Shown here: one piece after another, positions 15,957-27,052 of the stretch | Layout: each line of letters opens with the position of its first letter | Position numbering within the stretch: the first letter of the stretch is position 1 | Translations under genes and position numbers: made by a program | Origin: Dictyostelium discoideum | Taxonomy: Eukaryota | NCBI GenBank assembly: GCA_000004695.1 | Contig: CM000153.2 | Span: 2,304,001 to 2,368,000 of the forward strand | Direction: 5' to 3' | Length of the DNA: 64,000 nt | The notes under the pieces: model-generated | Seen by the model: only the letters and a program-made list of their open reading frames with translations | Database searches by the model: none | Told to the model about the DNA's origin: nothing

Positions 15957-16799
15957 ATGGCAAATTTAAATCAATCATCATCATCAATACAGGTTCCGAA
16001 ATTATCGAAATATATGATATCGTTTGGATATTTTTTAATGGGTATTATAGTTACAGCAACAATGTTTTTATCAAATAATAACAACTTTTCAATTGTGTCA
16101 TATACTTTATTATCAGAAATAATATTTGGTGTGATTATATCATTTTTGCATATAGGATTTTCAATATTCGCATTTCCTGGTAATAGTAGTACTTTAGATA
16201 AAATAAATAGATCTTTAATTGGACTTTCAATTGGTAATTTTGTTTTTTATTTCCTTTTAATTTTATATGGTGCTCCATTTTTAAAGTAATTATATAATTA
16301 TTATTACTACTATTAATATTTATTATTTTTATTAATTTTAATTATTTTTAAATCTAGGTCTATTCATACAACATTCTTTTTTGGATTTTTATTATCTTCA
16401 ATGTGTTGTTTACCACCATCAATTTTATTAGGATTAAATCCTCAAAATTGGAAAGATTTATTTTTTACACCAAAGTAAGGAGAAAAAAAAAAAAAAAAAA
16501 AAAAAAAAAATAATAATGATTATGATAATAAGTTTAAGATATATGATATTAATTAAAAACTTATAATTTCATCTCAATCATAAAGCCATAATAATATAAT
16601 TGATACATGTACCACAATTTTAGTTGTTTTTAGTATTTTAGGTGCTTGGATTGGTGCTTTCCCAATTCCTTTAGATTGGGATAGACCTTGGCAACAATGG
16701 CCAATTAGTTGTGTTTTTGGTTCAATAGTTGGTCACATATTTGGTTTATTCATTTGTTCAGTTTATTCTTTAGTTCACAAAGAAAAGAAGAGCATGTAA
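15957..16799 (+). CDS. pigF: GPI-anchor biosynthesis protein PIG-F (GPI ethanolamine-phosphate transferase subunit F), three exons: join(15957..16285,16358..16474,16586..16799), about 219 aa
   Basis: The last exon contains the PIG-F/GPI11 family signature GAWIGAFPIPLDWDRPWQQWPI. The protein is multi-pass hydrophobic. Phase-2 donors AA|GTAATT (16286) and AA|GTAAGG (16475); acceptors AG 16356/7 and 16584/5 keep one continuous frame (MANLNQSS..GAPFLK|SIHTTFFFGF..FTPK|NHNNIIDTCTTILVVFSILGAW..). The ORF-track M at 15903 is a TTG; the true ATG is 15957. Confidence 0.7.
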
Positions 16800-17646
16800 T
16801 AATTAAAAAATTAAAAAAATAAAATAAAAGAATAAAATAAAAGAATAAAAAAAAAAAAAAAAAAAAAAAGAATAAAAAATATGATACAATAATAAAATAA
16901 TTATATAATTTCCTTTTATTTTTTTTTTTTTTGATCAAACCAAATAATATTTTTTATAGATCTCCATAAAATATTTAAATAAATAAATAAATTAATATTT
17001 ATTAATAATTATAATTAATTTTATTATTAATTTATTTTTTAAAATTTTAATAAAAAGGATAATATAATCATGGTTTTTAACAATCAGAATATATTCGAAA
17101 GAAATGATCAATTTTAAAATCAAACACACATAGTCCAAAAAAAGAAAAATAAAAAAATAATAAATACACTAAATTTAAACAAATTGAAATTTCAACCCGT
17201 TTCGCTTTTTATTTAATTTTTTAATTTCGGCCGAATTGCCGGATGCGGTTCTTTTATTTATTTATTTATTTTTTTTTTTTTTTTTTTTTTTTTCACAAAC
17301 CGAATATTTAATTAAATTTTTATTTTTTTTTTATTTTTTTTTTTTTGAACATTCGTTTTTTTTTTTTTTTTTTTATTTTTTTTTATTTTTTTTTATTTTT
17401 TTTTTTTTTGAAAAGGTTGTTGTATTTATTTAATTACATAAATATTTATAAATAATCTCGACTTTTTTAAAAAAAACATTATCACAAAGGTATGTGTTCA
17501 AAAATTTATTATTAGACCAACCCCCTTTAAAATAAGCATATCCACATTTAAAAAAAAAAACCCCTTTTTAAACTTCAACACGACATATCTGGTTTTTTAC
17601 ACTTTTTTTTTTTTTATATTTTTTTTTTTTTATATTTTTTTTTTTT

Positions 17647-17684
<38 letters not shown>

Positions 17685-18214
17685 ATTTTTTAATTGTATT
17701 ATTTTTTTAATTTTAATTTTATTATTTTTTTTTTTTTTAATTTGTTTTTTATTTTTTTTTTTTTTTAATTTAATTTAACCTTAAACCAAATTCCAGTTTT
17801 TTTATTTTGTTTTTTAAAATTTTATTTTTTTTAATTCCCAAGATACAGAAAAACAAAAGTATTTATTTATATCTTATTTTTTGCTTGGACCATAACGTAA
17901 ATATTGTATAAGCAATTCAATTTCAATTTCAATTTCATTCAAATAAAAATAATAAAAATAAAATAAAATAAAAATAAAAGAAATAATGACACCACACCCA
18001 CTTTTTTTTAATAAAATATAATTTTTTTTTTTTTTTTTATATAAAAATATATTTTTAACTATTCGAATTTTTTTTATATTACAATTACTATAATTTTATT
18101 TTATTTTATTTTATTTTATTTATTTTTTAAAATTTTATTTTAATTTTTTTTCTTTTTTTTTTTTTTATTTTTATTTTAATTTCTTTTGTATTCTTTTAAA
18201 ACCACATACTAACC

Positions 18215-18247
<33 letters not shown>

Positions 18248-18295
18248 TTTTATAGATTTTTAAATATTATATAATTATATAAATAAAATTTAAAA

Positions 18296-19334
18296 ATGGG
18301 TGATAGAATTAAAATTTTAACAGGTAATGCACATCGTGAATTAGCATCAGAAATTTCAGATGATTTAAATTTAGCATTGGGTAAAGCACATGTTGGTAAA
18401 TTTTCAAATGGTGAAACCTCAGTAATGATTAGTGAATCAATTCGTGATATGGATGTTTACATTATTCAACCAACTTGTAATCCAAATGTAAATGATAACC
18501 TTATGGAATTATTAATTATGGCAGATGCAATCAGAAGAGCTTCAGCTCATCGTATCACTGCCGTAATTCCATGTTTTGGTTATGCTAGACAAGATAAAAA
18601 AGATAAATCAAGAGCACCAATCACTGGTAAATTAGTTGCAAATTTAATTGAAACTGCTGGTATTGATAGAGTTATTACAATGGATTTACAGTAAGTCTTT
18701 ATTATTATTATTATTATTTTCGTAACATTAAAATATTTTAAATATTAATTTTATTATTATCATTATTATTTATAGTGCAAGTCAAATTCAAGGTTTTTTT
18801 AATATTCCAGTAGATAATTTATATGCTGAACCACAAATTATTAAATATATTAGAAAGTATATTCCAGGTGAAAAAGTTATTGTATCACCAGATGCTGGTG
18901 GTGTAAAACGTGCCAAATCAATCTCTGATAAATTGGATGCAGATTTAGCAATTATTCATAAGGAACGTAAGAAGGCAAATGAAGTCTCTGGTATGATTTT
19001 AGTTGGTGATGTAAAGGATAAGGTTGCATTGATCGTTGATGATATGGCCGATACTTGTGGTACTTTAGTATCCGCTTGTGAAATGTTAATTAGTAAAGGT
19101 GCTACTAAAGTTTACGCATTAGTAACCCATGGTGTTTTAAGTGGTGATGCTATTCAAAAATTAAATGAATCCTCTCTCACAGAATTAGTCATTACAAATA
19201 CAATTCCACATGCTGAAAAAGCCGCTAAATGTCCAAAGATTAAAACTATAAATATCGCTCATACTCTTTCTGAAGCAATTAGAAGAACTCATCATGGTGA
19301 ATCAATTTCTTCATTATTCTCTGATACAAAATAA
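18296..19334 (+). CDS. prs: Ribose-phosphate pyrophosphokinase (PRPP synthetase), two exons: join(18296..18690,18776..19334)
   Basis: Near-textbook PRPS sequence: [48 protein letters not shown]|ASQIQGFF (split by an 85-bp intron: donor CA|GTAAGT 18691, acceptor tatAG 18774/5), [28 protein letters not shown]. Confidence 0.9.
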
Positions 19335-19960
19335 TCAAAAAAAAAAAAAAAAAAAAAAACACAAACAAATAACAATTTATAATAATATTTTTTTTTTTTC
19401 AAATTGTTTATTTTTTTACTTTTTTTTACTTTTTTTTTTTTTTTTTTTTTTATACATGAAAGTGGATAAAAAAAAAAAATTAAATTAAAAATAACAATTT
19501 TATTTTCTAAAACATACATACATATAAAACAAAACAAAAAATAAACAAAATAAAAACACAAAATACTCTTCACTAAAAAAAAAAAAAAAAAAAAAAAAAA
19601 ATAATATTTGGCCAAACATAAATCTGGAAAATTACGAAAAAAAAAAAAAAAATAATCCCTTCAATTTTAAGTTTTATAAAATAATAAAAAAAAAAACAAA
19701 AGAAAAAAAGAATATGAATTTTCTGATTGGTTTCATACTTCAACATACACAAAAATTAAGTTTGGCCGATTCACATGGTTTTTTTTTTATTTGAAATAAT
19801 TTTTTATTTGGATATTTTTTTGATTGACTTTAAAAATAAGTTTTTTTTTTTTATTTTTTTTTTTTTTTTGATAACTGACCAGTACATAAATATCTGAAGA
19901 AATTTTGGATTTTTTTTCTTATTTTTTTTTATTTTTTTTTGTTGTTATCAAATTCAAAAA

Positions 19961-21047
19961 ATGAATATCAAATATATTATTTTAGGTTTATTATTATTTG
20001 TTGTTGCTTCAGCCACTGCAAAATATACCTGTGAATGTAATTTCTCACATGGTGAAACTCGTTTAATTGCTGTAAAAGAGTAAATTTAGTTAAAAAATTT
20101 TAAAAATAATCATTTTTGGGTGTCAATTATTTAAATTCTAATTTTTCTTAATATGTGTATTAGTAAATCTCATTGTATGGAAAGATGTAATTCCATTATT
20201 CAAGAAGTTTATACTATTCCATGTGATTTACAAACTTGCACTTGTAAATGTACAAATGGAACTATTTTCGGTTGTCAACCAACTCCAACAACAACATCAA
20301 CTACCTCAGCTTCAACAACAACTGGTAAAGCCTCATCATCTGGTCCATCAACAACCGGTAGAGCTTCATCATCAGGTCCATCAACAACTGGTAGAGCTTC
20401 ATCATCAGGTCCATCAACAACTGGTAGAGCTTCATCATCTGGTCCATCATCAACTGGTAAAGCTTCATCTTCAGGTCCATCATCAACTGGTAAAGCTTCA
20501 TCATCTGGTCCATCATCAACTGGTAAAACTTCATCTTCAAGTAAATATTAATTTTCCTTTGTTCAAAAATTCTAGTAGATTAATTTTATTCCTAAATTAA
20601 TATATAATTTTTATTTTTATTATAGGCACCCAAACTTCAGGTTCCCAAACCTCAGGTTCACAAACATCAGGTTCACAAACATCGGGTTCACAATCAGGAC
20701 AACAAACAGGTTCGCAATCAGGTTCACAATCAGGACAACAAACAAGTTCACAATCAGGTTCACAATCAGGACAACAATCAGGTTCACAATCAGGTACCCA
20801 AACCTCAGGTCAAACCTCAGGTCAAACTGGTGCCCAAACTGGTCAATCAACTGCTTCAAGTGGTAGCAGTGGAAGTAGTGGAAGCAGTGGAAGTAGTGGA
20901 AGTAGCGGTGGTAGTTCTGGAAGTGGTGGCAGTTCTGGAAGTGGTGGTGGTAGCGGTTCAGGTAGTGGCATGGCAGTTAAAGTTGATAAATGCTATGGTA
21001 CTTACTGTCCATGTAACAAAGAACTTTTAAGTGTTAGAGTATTATAA
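19961..21047 (+). CDS. Secreted Cys-capped Ser/Thr/Gly-rich tandem-repeat (mucin-like) protein, three exons: join(19961..20079,20164..20540,20626..21047)
   Basis: Exon 1: signal peptide [20 protein letters not shown] plus [19 protein letters not shown], donor GA|GTAAAT. Exon 2: Cys-rich [32 protein letters not shown], then seven tandem 11-aa repeats ([12 protein letters not shown], 33-bp DNA period 20330..20520), donor A|GTAAAT 20541. Exon 3 (no ATG, so absent from the ORF track): (TSGSQ)n/(SGSQSGQQ)n and (SGS)n, ending [22 protein letters not shown]. Both intron phases check out. Confidence 0.65.
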
Positions 21048-21136
21048 ATAAATTAAATTATCGATTAAATTTTATATTTGTAAAACTATTTTTTTTTTTT
21101 TTTTCTGATTATTAATTATTTCATTTAATTATTTAT

Positions 21137-21178
<42 letters not shown>

Positions 21179-21289
21179 CAACCCAAAATCAAAACACTTT
21201 TTAAATTATAAAATAAATTTATTTTATAATCAAATATTAAGTCAAAAAATGTTTAAAAAAGAATAATCAATACCATGGGTATTAAAAAA

Positions 21290-21710
21290 TTGCTTCATAT
21301 TAGTTCCTTATAATTTAGATCATTTCAGCTTCAAAAAGAGAAATTCTCAATTTTATGCCAGATTCATTTGGTTATCATAAAGGTCATATTTATTATTCAT
21401 TTGATGGTTTAATTAAAAAAATTTATGTTGGTCTGGTTATAGGAATTTCATAGAGTTTATTGGTAAAAGAGTTTGCAATGTAAAAATGAGTTGAAGAAAC
21501 ATCAAAATCTTTAATTGTAGTGTCATAGAATAATGCCCGATAACTAGAAGATTGATTAAATAATTCACCAACACCACATGAGAAAATATGATATTGTACC
21601 ATTTAAAGCGAAATTTGAAAAGTAGAATACATTTATCATTATTTTGATTTGTTCACATGTACCATTTCTCTTATTCCAACATTTGCTTTATCCATTGGTG
21701 TTGACGTTAT

Positions 21711-21715
<5 letters not shown>
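21290..21715 (-). pseudogene. Truncated, degenerate tandem copy of the downstream secreted-protein gene (22080..23024)
   Basis: 21296..21712 aligns base-for-base at about 85-90% identity with 22203..22552 of the intact gene (for example ..gtaaaagagtttgca..aaatgagttgaagaaacatcaaaatctttaattgtagtgtca..). It carries in-frame stops and lacks the 5-prime and 3-prime ends. Confidence 0.75.
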
Positions 21716-21763
<48 letters not shown>

Positions 21764-22079
21764 AAATATGATATTAAAATTTAATATACTTTTTAACAAA
21801 CAATTTTAAAAACATCATTTAATAATAAATTTAATATCACATTTTTTTAAATTAATATCATAAAATGATAAAAAAAAATAAAAAGGCAAATAAATAATAA
21901 AATTCTTATATATTATCTTTTTTTTTAGTTTCTATTATATTTTAATAAAATATATATTTTTTAATTATAACAAGTTTCATTTTTAAATACATTTTTTGTT
22001 TATTTTTTAATAATTTTTAATAATTCAAAAAAGAAACTTACAACTTTTATTAAAATTTAATTTATTATATTTTAATATT

Positions 22080-23024
22080 TTAATAACTTCCCGTGGTATC
22101 AAAGTCATAAATAAGTTCAGGTTTTGAATTTGAGTTTGGATCAACTGAAATTTTTTTAAGTGAATTTTTAAATGAATAATAAATATAACCATTATGATAA
22201 CCAAATGAATCAGGCATAAAATTGAGAATTTCTCTTTTTGGAGAATAATTTTTTAGACTGGGTAAAGGAATTTCAAAAAGTTTATTGGTAAAAGAGTTTG
22301 CATAGTATAAATGAGTTGAAGAAACATCAAAATCTTTAATTGTAGTGTCAGAGACTAATATTGGAGAACTTGCATAATGATTAAATAATTCACCAGTAGT
22401 GTTTGAGTAAATATTTGATTTTGTACCATTTAAAGCGAAATCTAAAAAGTAGAATACATTATTCATTATTCTGATTTGTTCACATGTACCAGTTTCTCTT
22501 ATTCCTACAGTTGCTTTATCCATTGATGTTGACGTTAATGGGAACACACCACGTTCATAAACACTACACATATAAATTAAATTATTTGTAGGATCATATG
22601 CGAATGAACCTGCATTTGCAACACTGAAATAATTTTTATATGCTGTATTTAAACTACTTGAACTAATCACTTTACCAAGTTCACGAGACGTTGTATTAAA
22701 AATTGTAGCTGATCTGTGGCCATCTGGTTGTAATGAATTATCACCAACTATGAAATCACCAGTGATAGGATTTCTCCAAAGTAAATTTATATAACCATCA
22801 GGTAAATTAAAAAATTTCCTCCATACAGATTTACTATGCATTGGAACTGAATATATAAATGGAGTTTCACCATTTCCAAGAAAAAGGCAATCAATTTGTT
22901 CATTAACTTTGTCCAATAAAATTCTTGAATATCTATTTGGATCAGAACAGATTTCTATTAGTGATAAACATTTAGTAGCCAATGATATTGTTATTAATAA
23001 TATTAAAATAATTTTTAATTTCAT
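22080..23024 (-). CDS. Secreted protein of unknown function (about 314 aa), single exon
   Basis: True ATG at 23024 (MKLKIILILLITISLATKCLSL..); the ORF-track start in the poly-lysine/A-tract is spurious. Hydrophobic signal peptide, multiple NxS/T sites, no recognisable catalytic motif. Has a partial paralogous pseudo-copy immediately upstream. Confidence 0.6.
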   Translation of the reverse strand: MKLKIILILLITISLATKCLSLIEICSDPNRYSRILLDKVNEQIDCLFLGNGETPFIYSVPMHSKSVWRKFFNLPDGYINLLWRNPITGDFIVGDNSLQPDGHRSATIFNTTSRELGKVISSSSLNTAYKNYFSVANAGSFAYDPTNNLIYMCSVYERGVFPLTSTSMDKATVGIRETGTCEQIRIMNNVFYFLDFALNGTKSNIYSNTTGELFNHYASSPILVSDTTIKDFDVSSTHLYYANSFTNKLFEIPLPSLKNYSPKREILNFMPDSFGYHNGYIYYSFKNSLKKISVDPNSNSKPELIYDFDTTGSY

Positions 23025-23898
23025 TTTTATAAAAAAAAAAAAAAAAAAAAAAAACAAATTATTATTGTTATTTTTTTTTTTTTTTTTTTTTTTACCCACC
23101 TTATTTATACTTTTTTTTTTTTAAACTTAAATTGTTTTTTTATATTTTATATATTTTTTATTTTTTATTTTCAAATAACAGTGTTGTAAATAAAAACAAT
23201 TCCTTTATTCTTTAGGGGTTTTACTTTTAAATGTATAGAATGCACATGACTGTGTTTCAAAATTTCTTCTTTCAGAGAACCAAAGAAACAAATAAGGATA
23301 TAATAATCCCATTTATATGTGGGTATGTGTTAAATCTGTACAGAGTAAAAAGTGTTTAGGAAATTGGTGTGTTTTTATTTTTTTTATTATTTTTTTTTTA
23401 TCTGTTTGAATTTTTTATTTTTTTTATTTTATTTTTTTATCTGTTTGAATTGTTTTTTTTTTTTGTATTTTTTTTTATTATTTTTATTTTTGTAAAGGGA
23501 CTTCCCATTTTACTTTTAATTTTTTTTTTTTTTCAACCATATTTTCTTTTTTTTTTTATTAAGATTTTTTTCAAAAAAAGTGAAAAAATCTTTTAAAACT
23601 CTTCAAAAAATATCTTTTTTTAATTTTTTTTTTCTGATCTACTTTTTCCACCTTAGTGTGCTGTTTTCATAGATGTTTTGTTTTGTGTTTTTTCAAATTT
23701 TAAAAAAGTAATTTTTTTTTTTTTTTTTTTATTTAAAAAAATATCTTAAATATTCGTTGTAATCAGAAAATAAAAATTTTAATAAAAAATAAAATAAAAA
23801 AATAAAATTAAAAATAAAATAAAATTTAAAAGGTTTTTTGATCACAAAAAAAAAAAAAAAAAAAAAAAAAATATTGTTTATATTTTTCTATTACTAAT

Positions 23899-24173
23899 AT
23901 GAGAGTTTTATTCATTTTATTTTTATTTTATTTTTACACATATACAGAAGCACAACAATATTATCCAATCGATCCAACAGGAAAATGTGAACAATATATT
24001 GGAGACTCTGTAATAACACCATGTAGTAAATATTTAAATAACCCTAGTATGTATTAAATTTCTAATCATAATAAATTTTAAAATTTAATTTTATCTAACA
24101 AATGTAATAATAATTATTATTATTATTATTATTTTTTTTTAAAATTATTATTATTTTTTGTTTTATCTTTAAT

Positions 24174-24247
<74 letters not shown>

Positions 24248-25520
24248 TTCAATATATGTTTCATCAACAGCAAATCAATCAACAGCAATGTTATCATTAA
24301 ATTTATATTTTTCATTATTAGGAGGTAGTTCAGCATCATGCCAAAATGCATATACTTTTGCCACGTTATGTTCAACAGTATGATTTATTATTTTCACTTT
24401 ATTTATAATCATTTTAAAATAATTTTTAACAATTTTAATTTTATTTTTTTTTACTTTTTAAATTAGTATTTACCAGAATGTGAAATTTTCATAGATAATA
24501 GTACAAATAAAGAGATTGCAATGCCAAAAAGAGTTTGTTTGGATACTTGTAATAGTGTTTCAAAAAATTGTCAAATTACAAGTTATTTTGATTGTAATCA
24601 ATTGGAACCAATTAGTAAATTACCTTTATTTCCAAAAGAATCATCAGATTATAATTTAACAACATATGGAGGAGAATTAAATTATAGATTAGATTGTTAT
24701 GATCCACCAAAATCAAATGAAACCACTGTAATTGGTTATTGCCCATTTCCATTAGTTTTTAGAAATAGAACAATTGTTGGAAAAGGAAGTGATTCACTTG
24801 ATAATAGTGAAAACTATGGATATACATATGTTAGTGAGGATAGTTATTGTACAATTCCATGTCCAGCACCAATTTTCTCAGAGAAACAATGGGATAATAT
24901 TTTCGATACAAGTGATGCAATTTCATTGGTTTCACTACTTTGTTCAGTTTACTTATTCATAACATATATGGTAATAAATCCAAAAAGAAATAAATATGAT
25001 TATTTCTTTAGTTTTTTCGTACTAAGTATTATTTTAATGTCGATAGCTGGTACAATTGGATTTTCAGTTGGTGGAACGAGAAAACTTCTCTGTCCAGAGA
25101 TAAATCGTAGAGGTGTATATACAGATCCAGCAGTTGCTGCAGCTGGTTGGATTTTTCAATTTGCAATTATAAATGCAATTCTATGGTTTTCAATCAATTC
25201 TTTTGAATTATGGTTCCAAATTAAATTTATAAAGAGAAAATTACATTTAATAAAGTTTTACATTCTTGCAGTTTTAGTAATTTCAATTGCACTATCAGTA
25301 CCACTTTCGGCTATAGGTGAGTTTAATGCTGGTTTGGGTAATTTTGTAGTTTGGATTGAATCTGGAAAATATCAAAATTGGTTTTTCTGGGGTCCCTTAG
25401 GTATAGTTTTAACAGTAGGTACAACTTTTATTGGTTTAGTTATTTGGGAAATTTATAAAGTATGTAAAATAATTTTTTTTTTTTTTCTTTTTAATTAGAT
25501 TGTTTCTTCAACAAATTCAA

Positions 25521-25562
<42 letters not shown>

Positions 25563-25842
25563 AGATTGTTTCTTCAACAAATAAAAGTGATTTTTTCAAA
25601 TTACAATTAAAACCTTTAATGAATATGTTGTTAATTTATCTTACATTTGTTTATTTATTTGGTTATAATTTTTATATTCATAATTCTTTAAATGGTTTCT
25701 ATGGTTCATCAGAAGAGTTTAAAAATTGTATAATTTCAACAGATGGTAAAGATTGCAGAATTCAGGGTCCTCCATATAGTTCAATTTTAATGTTTGTTTT
25801 TTGTCTTAGGTAATTATTTTAATTAATTTGTTATTATATATT

Positions 25843-25877
<35 letters not shown>

Positions 25878-26183
25878 TGTATTTATTAATTTATTTTTCA
25901 CTTTTTTATTAATATTAATAAACAAATAAACTATAGAATTTATGGAGTGTATTGCATTGCATTATATGGGTTTTCACCTAAAACTAGATCAATTTGGTCA
26001 AATTCTATTGTTTTCAATAATTCAATGGCAAATAAACTCAAAACTTTGTATATTAGCAGTGGAACTACCAAGGGAGGAACATCATCAACTGATATAAAAA
26101 TGTCAACAAATAATAATTCAAATATGGATAGTGGGGGTGGTAAAAGTAGTTCAATGGAACCAGATGAAATAATATTACGTTAA
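23899..26183 (+). CDS. fsl: Frizzled/Smoothened-like 7TM receptor (Fsl family), five exons: join(23899..24046,24247..24377,24467..25459,25565..25809,25937..26183)
   Basis: Signal peptide MRVLFILFLFYFYTYTEA. Frizzled-type cysteine-rich domain split over exons 1-3 (..GKCEQYIGDSVITPCSKYLNN|..SCQNAYTFATLCST|YLPECEIFIDNSTNKEIAMPKRVCLDTCNSVSKNCQ). Seven hydrophobic helices. KTRSIW (KTxxxW) motif just after the last helix, as in Frizzled. Donors GTATGT/GTATGA/GTATGT/GTAATT; every acceptor follows a poly(T) tract and ends ..aattAG. Confidence 0.75.
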
Positions 26184-26986
26184 AAAAAAAAAAAAAAAAG
26201 CAAAGATATATAAATATCTTTTTGTAAATTAATTAATATTCATTGTGTTTTAAATTATTTTAATATAAAACAAACATTTTTATGTATTAAAACTAATATT
26301 ATTTATTTTTATAAATATCAATATATATTTTTGGTTCTTTTAAAAAAAAAAAAGTTTTGTTTATTGGAAAAAAAATAAAAAAATAAAAAAAATAAAAAAA
26401 TAATTCCAACATTTGTCGTAATATAATTATGTAATAATTAAATTGTTACAATAAAATTATGTTTTATCAAGATATTAAATTAGATACAATCTCGCTCACA
26501 AACTAAAATAATTTATGTTTAAAAAATTAGACTTTTCTCACTGGTGGGAAAAAGCCACGTGGTGAGTTTTTAATGTCGATTGAAAAACTCATAAACATAA
26601 TTTTAAATCTCAAATATAAAAAGTAAAAATTTTCAACAATAAAAAACATGCATAATAAATTTTAGGATTATCGATAAAACATCAACTTATTATATATTTA
26701 TTTATTTAATTTTATTATATTTTTCTATTAAAAGATTCTTAACATAACATGAGCAATAATTTAGGCGAGTATTTTAATTATTTATTTATTTTTATATTAT
26801 TAATATTAAATTATTGTGTTAATGTTCAACAAACATTCCATAAATGATTTATAAATGGTTAAATCCAAAAAACTTAAATTTATTATAATTTTTACAAGCA
26901 AACAATTTTATTTTATTTTATTTTATTTTATTTTATTTTCTATTATTTTATTTTTTTTTATTTTTTAATTTTTTTTTTTTTTTTAG

Positions 26987-27052
26987 ATTTATTGGTTTGC
27001 ATTATTTCATTTTGAATATTAATAGAAAATGAAATAATGCAAACCAATAAAT
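26987..27052. repeat. Perfect 27-bp inverted repeat with a 12-nt loop; a diverged partial copy of one arm lies at ~27160..27185
   Basis: atttattggtttgcattatttcatttt (26987..27013) / gaatattaatag / aaaatgaaataatgcaaaccaataaat (27026..27052). ggtttgaattatttcattttcaaaa at ~27160 matches the left arm at about 22/25 positions. Confidence 0.85.

Noticed and set aside
20223-20859. ORFs 20223..20600 +, 20301..20540 -, 20620..20859 -, 20830..21030 + overlapping the S/G-repeat gene
   Set aside because: Periodic 33-bp and 15-bp repeats keep several frames open. Only the frame giving signal peptide plus Cys-cap plus [11 protein letters not shown] repeats, with phase-consistent GT..AG introns, is biologically coherent.
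22080-23099. ORF-track start [14 protein letters not shown] for the secreted-protein gene
   Set aside because: The N-terminal 25 codons are read from a poly(T)/poly(A) tract. The first ATG followed by a genuine signal peptide (MKLKIILILL..) is at 23024.
25493-25582. Upstream copy of the duplicated acceptor ttaattag at 25498 as the functional 3-prime splice site of fsl intron 3
   Set aside because: Using it gives ..IVSSTNSIINFFFF.. running into the poly(T) tract and a stop before the conserved TM region. The downstream copy (25563/4) preserves the frame into MNMLLIYLTF..
26535-26580. Possible palindromic element ctcactggtgggaaaaagccacgtggtgag containing a CACGTG E-box
   Set aside because: The arms are only partially complementary (ctcac/gtgag plus tggtgg/ccacgt mismatch). 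A single E-box hexamer is expected by chance; kept only as a note.
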